A DNA stretch of 64,000 nucleotides, taken from positions 55,042,270 through 55,106,269 of the forward strand of contig NC_068987.1 in assembly GCF_001194135.2 (NCBI RefSeq). Reading direction: 5' to 3'. Made by a program: the position numbers and the translations under genes. This document shows, piece after piece, positions 63,434-64,000 of the stretch. A model generated the notes under the pieces. That model was not told the origin of the DNA. It was given only the letters and a program-made list of their open reading frames with translations, and ran no database searches. The DNA is from Octopus bimaculoides. Lineage: Eukaryota. The number at the start of each line of letters is the position of its first letter. The first letter of the stretch is position 1.

Positions 63434-64000
63434 GTGAGTACACATTGGATTTGACCGCTCGCTCGCTGTCGAGGCTGCTCTTCTCTGCTTCAAAATAAAC
63501 CTCTCTCAAAGACTGCTTTATTATTTGTAGATGGTGACTGTCATAGTTGCGGTGCAGTTTTTATTCTGCTCCACATCATCTTTCTACTTTTTCTTGTCTG
63601 CACTTATTAATGACTTCTATTTTTTTTATATATTTTTTTTATCATAACACATTCTGGCTTATAAAATTACTTACTGCAGTCTTTTGCATCTTAATTTAGA
63701 AATTTTATTTATTGTTTTCTCTCTTTTTCTCTTACTAATTGCTTTTAATACTTAATTTATTATTCTCTCTATCTCAATCTTCTAGTGTGCAAAATGTGTG
63801 CACACATTTTTGCCTTTTTATCATGGCTGCTGTAGATAGTAATATCAATAATAAAAAAGTGAATTAACTAATGCAATAGCACTTGAAATTAGTTTTCAAA
63901 TTTAACTTTTAGTTTCTTTTATTTTGTTACTTTTTACACAGTTTTGATTTTACATGAATTTGAATTGTTGCTTATATTTTCTATATTTCTGTAAAGCTTC

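Overview
This is AT-rich, repeat-dense eukaryotic DNA from a short-read assembly with 12 N-gaps. It is very probably a coleoid cephalopod (Octopus-like), inferred from the tRNA-headed SINE families, (TA/TG/CA/AAT/CAT)n density and long introns; no search was run. The only host-gene sequence I can support is two small + strand exons of a p120/delta-catenin-family gene: 30482-30553 (EAQFQRLSEKLDVERQPVANKLKK, the N-terminal coiled-coil motif) and 63252-63433 (CRLNSDTPTMSS...). They join in frame across a 32.7-kb GT-AG intron. The rest is intronic or upstream sequence filled with SINEs, RTE-type LINE pieces, a full-length decayed DD34D mariner, a DD37D (maT) relic, hAT and TTAA-type MITEs, fold-back elements and microsatellites, often nested. 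The most interesting signals are: (1) several minimal type-I hammerhead-ribozyme-like motifs in short Penelope-type repeats, including one structurally complete copy antisense to the gene and a three-copy family with a non-canonical core; (2) Lys/Asn codons in the coiled-coil exon that A-to-I editing would convert to the residues I recall as conserved; (3) Rbfox/QKI motifs and long fold-back hairpins next to the exons; (4) a candidate internal alternative 5' end; (5) a repeated two-hairpin module in the RTE 3' UTR. Almost all long ORFs in the supplied track are microsatellite or N-gap artefacts.
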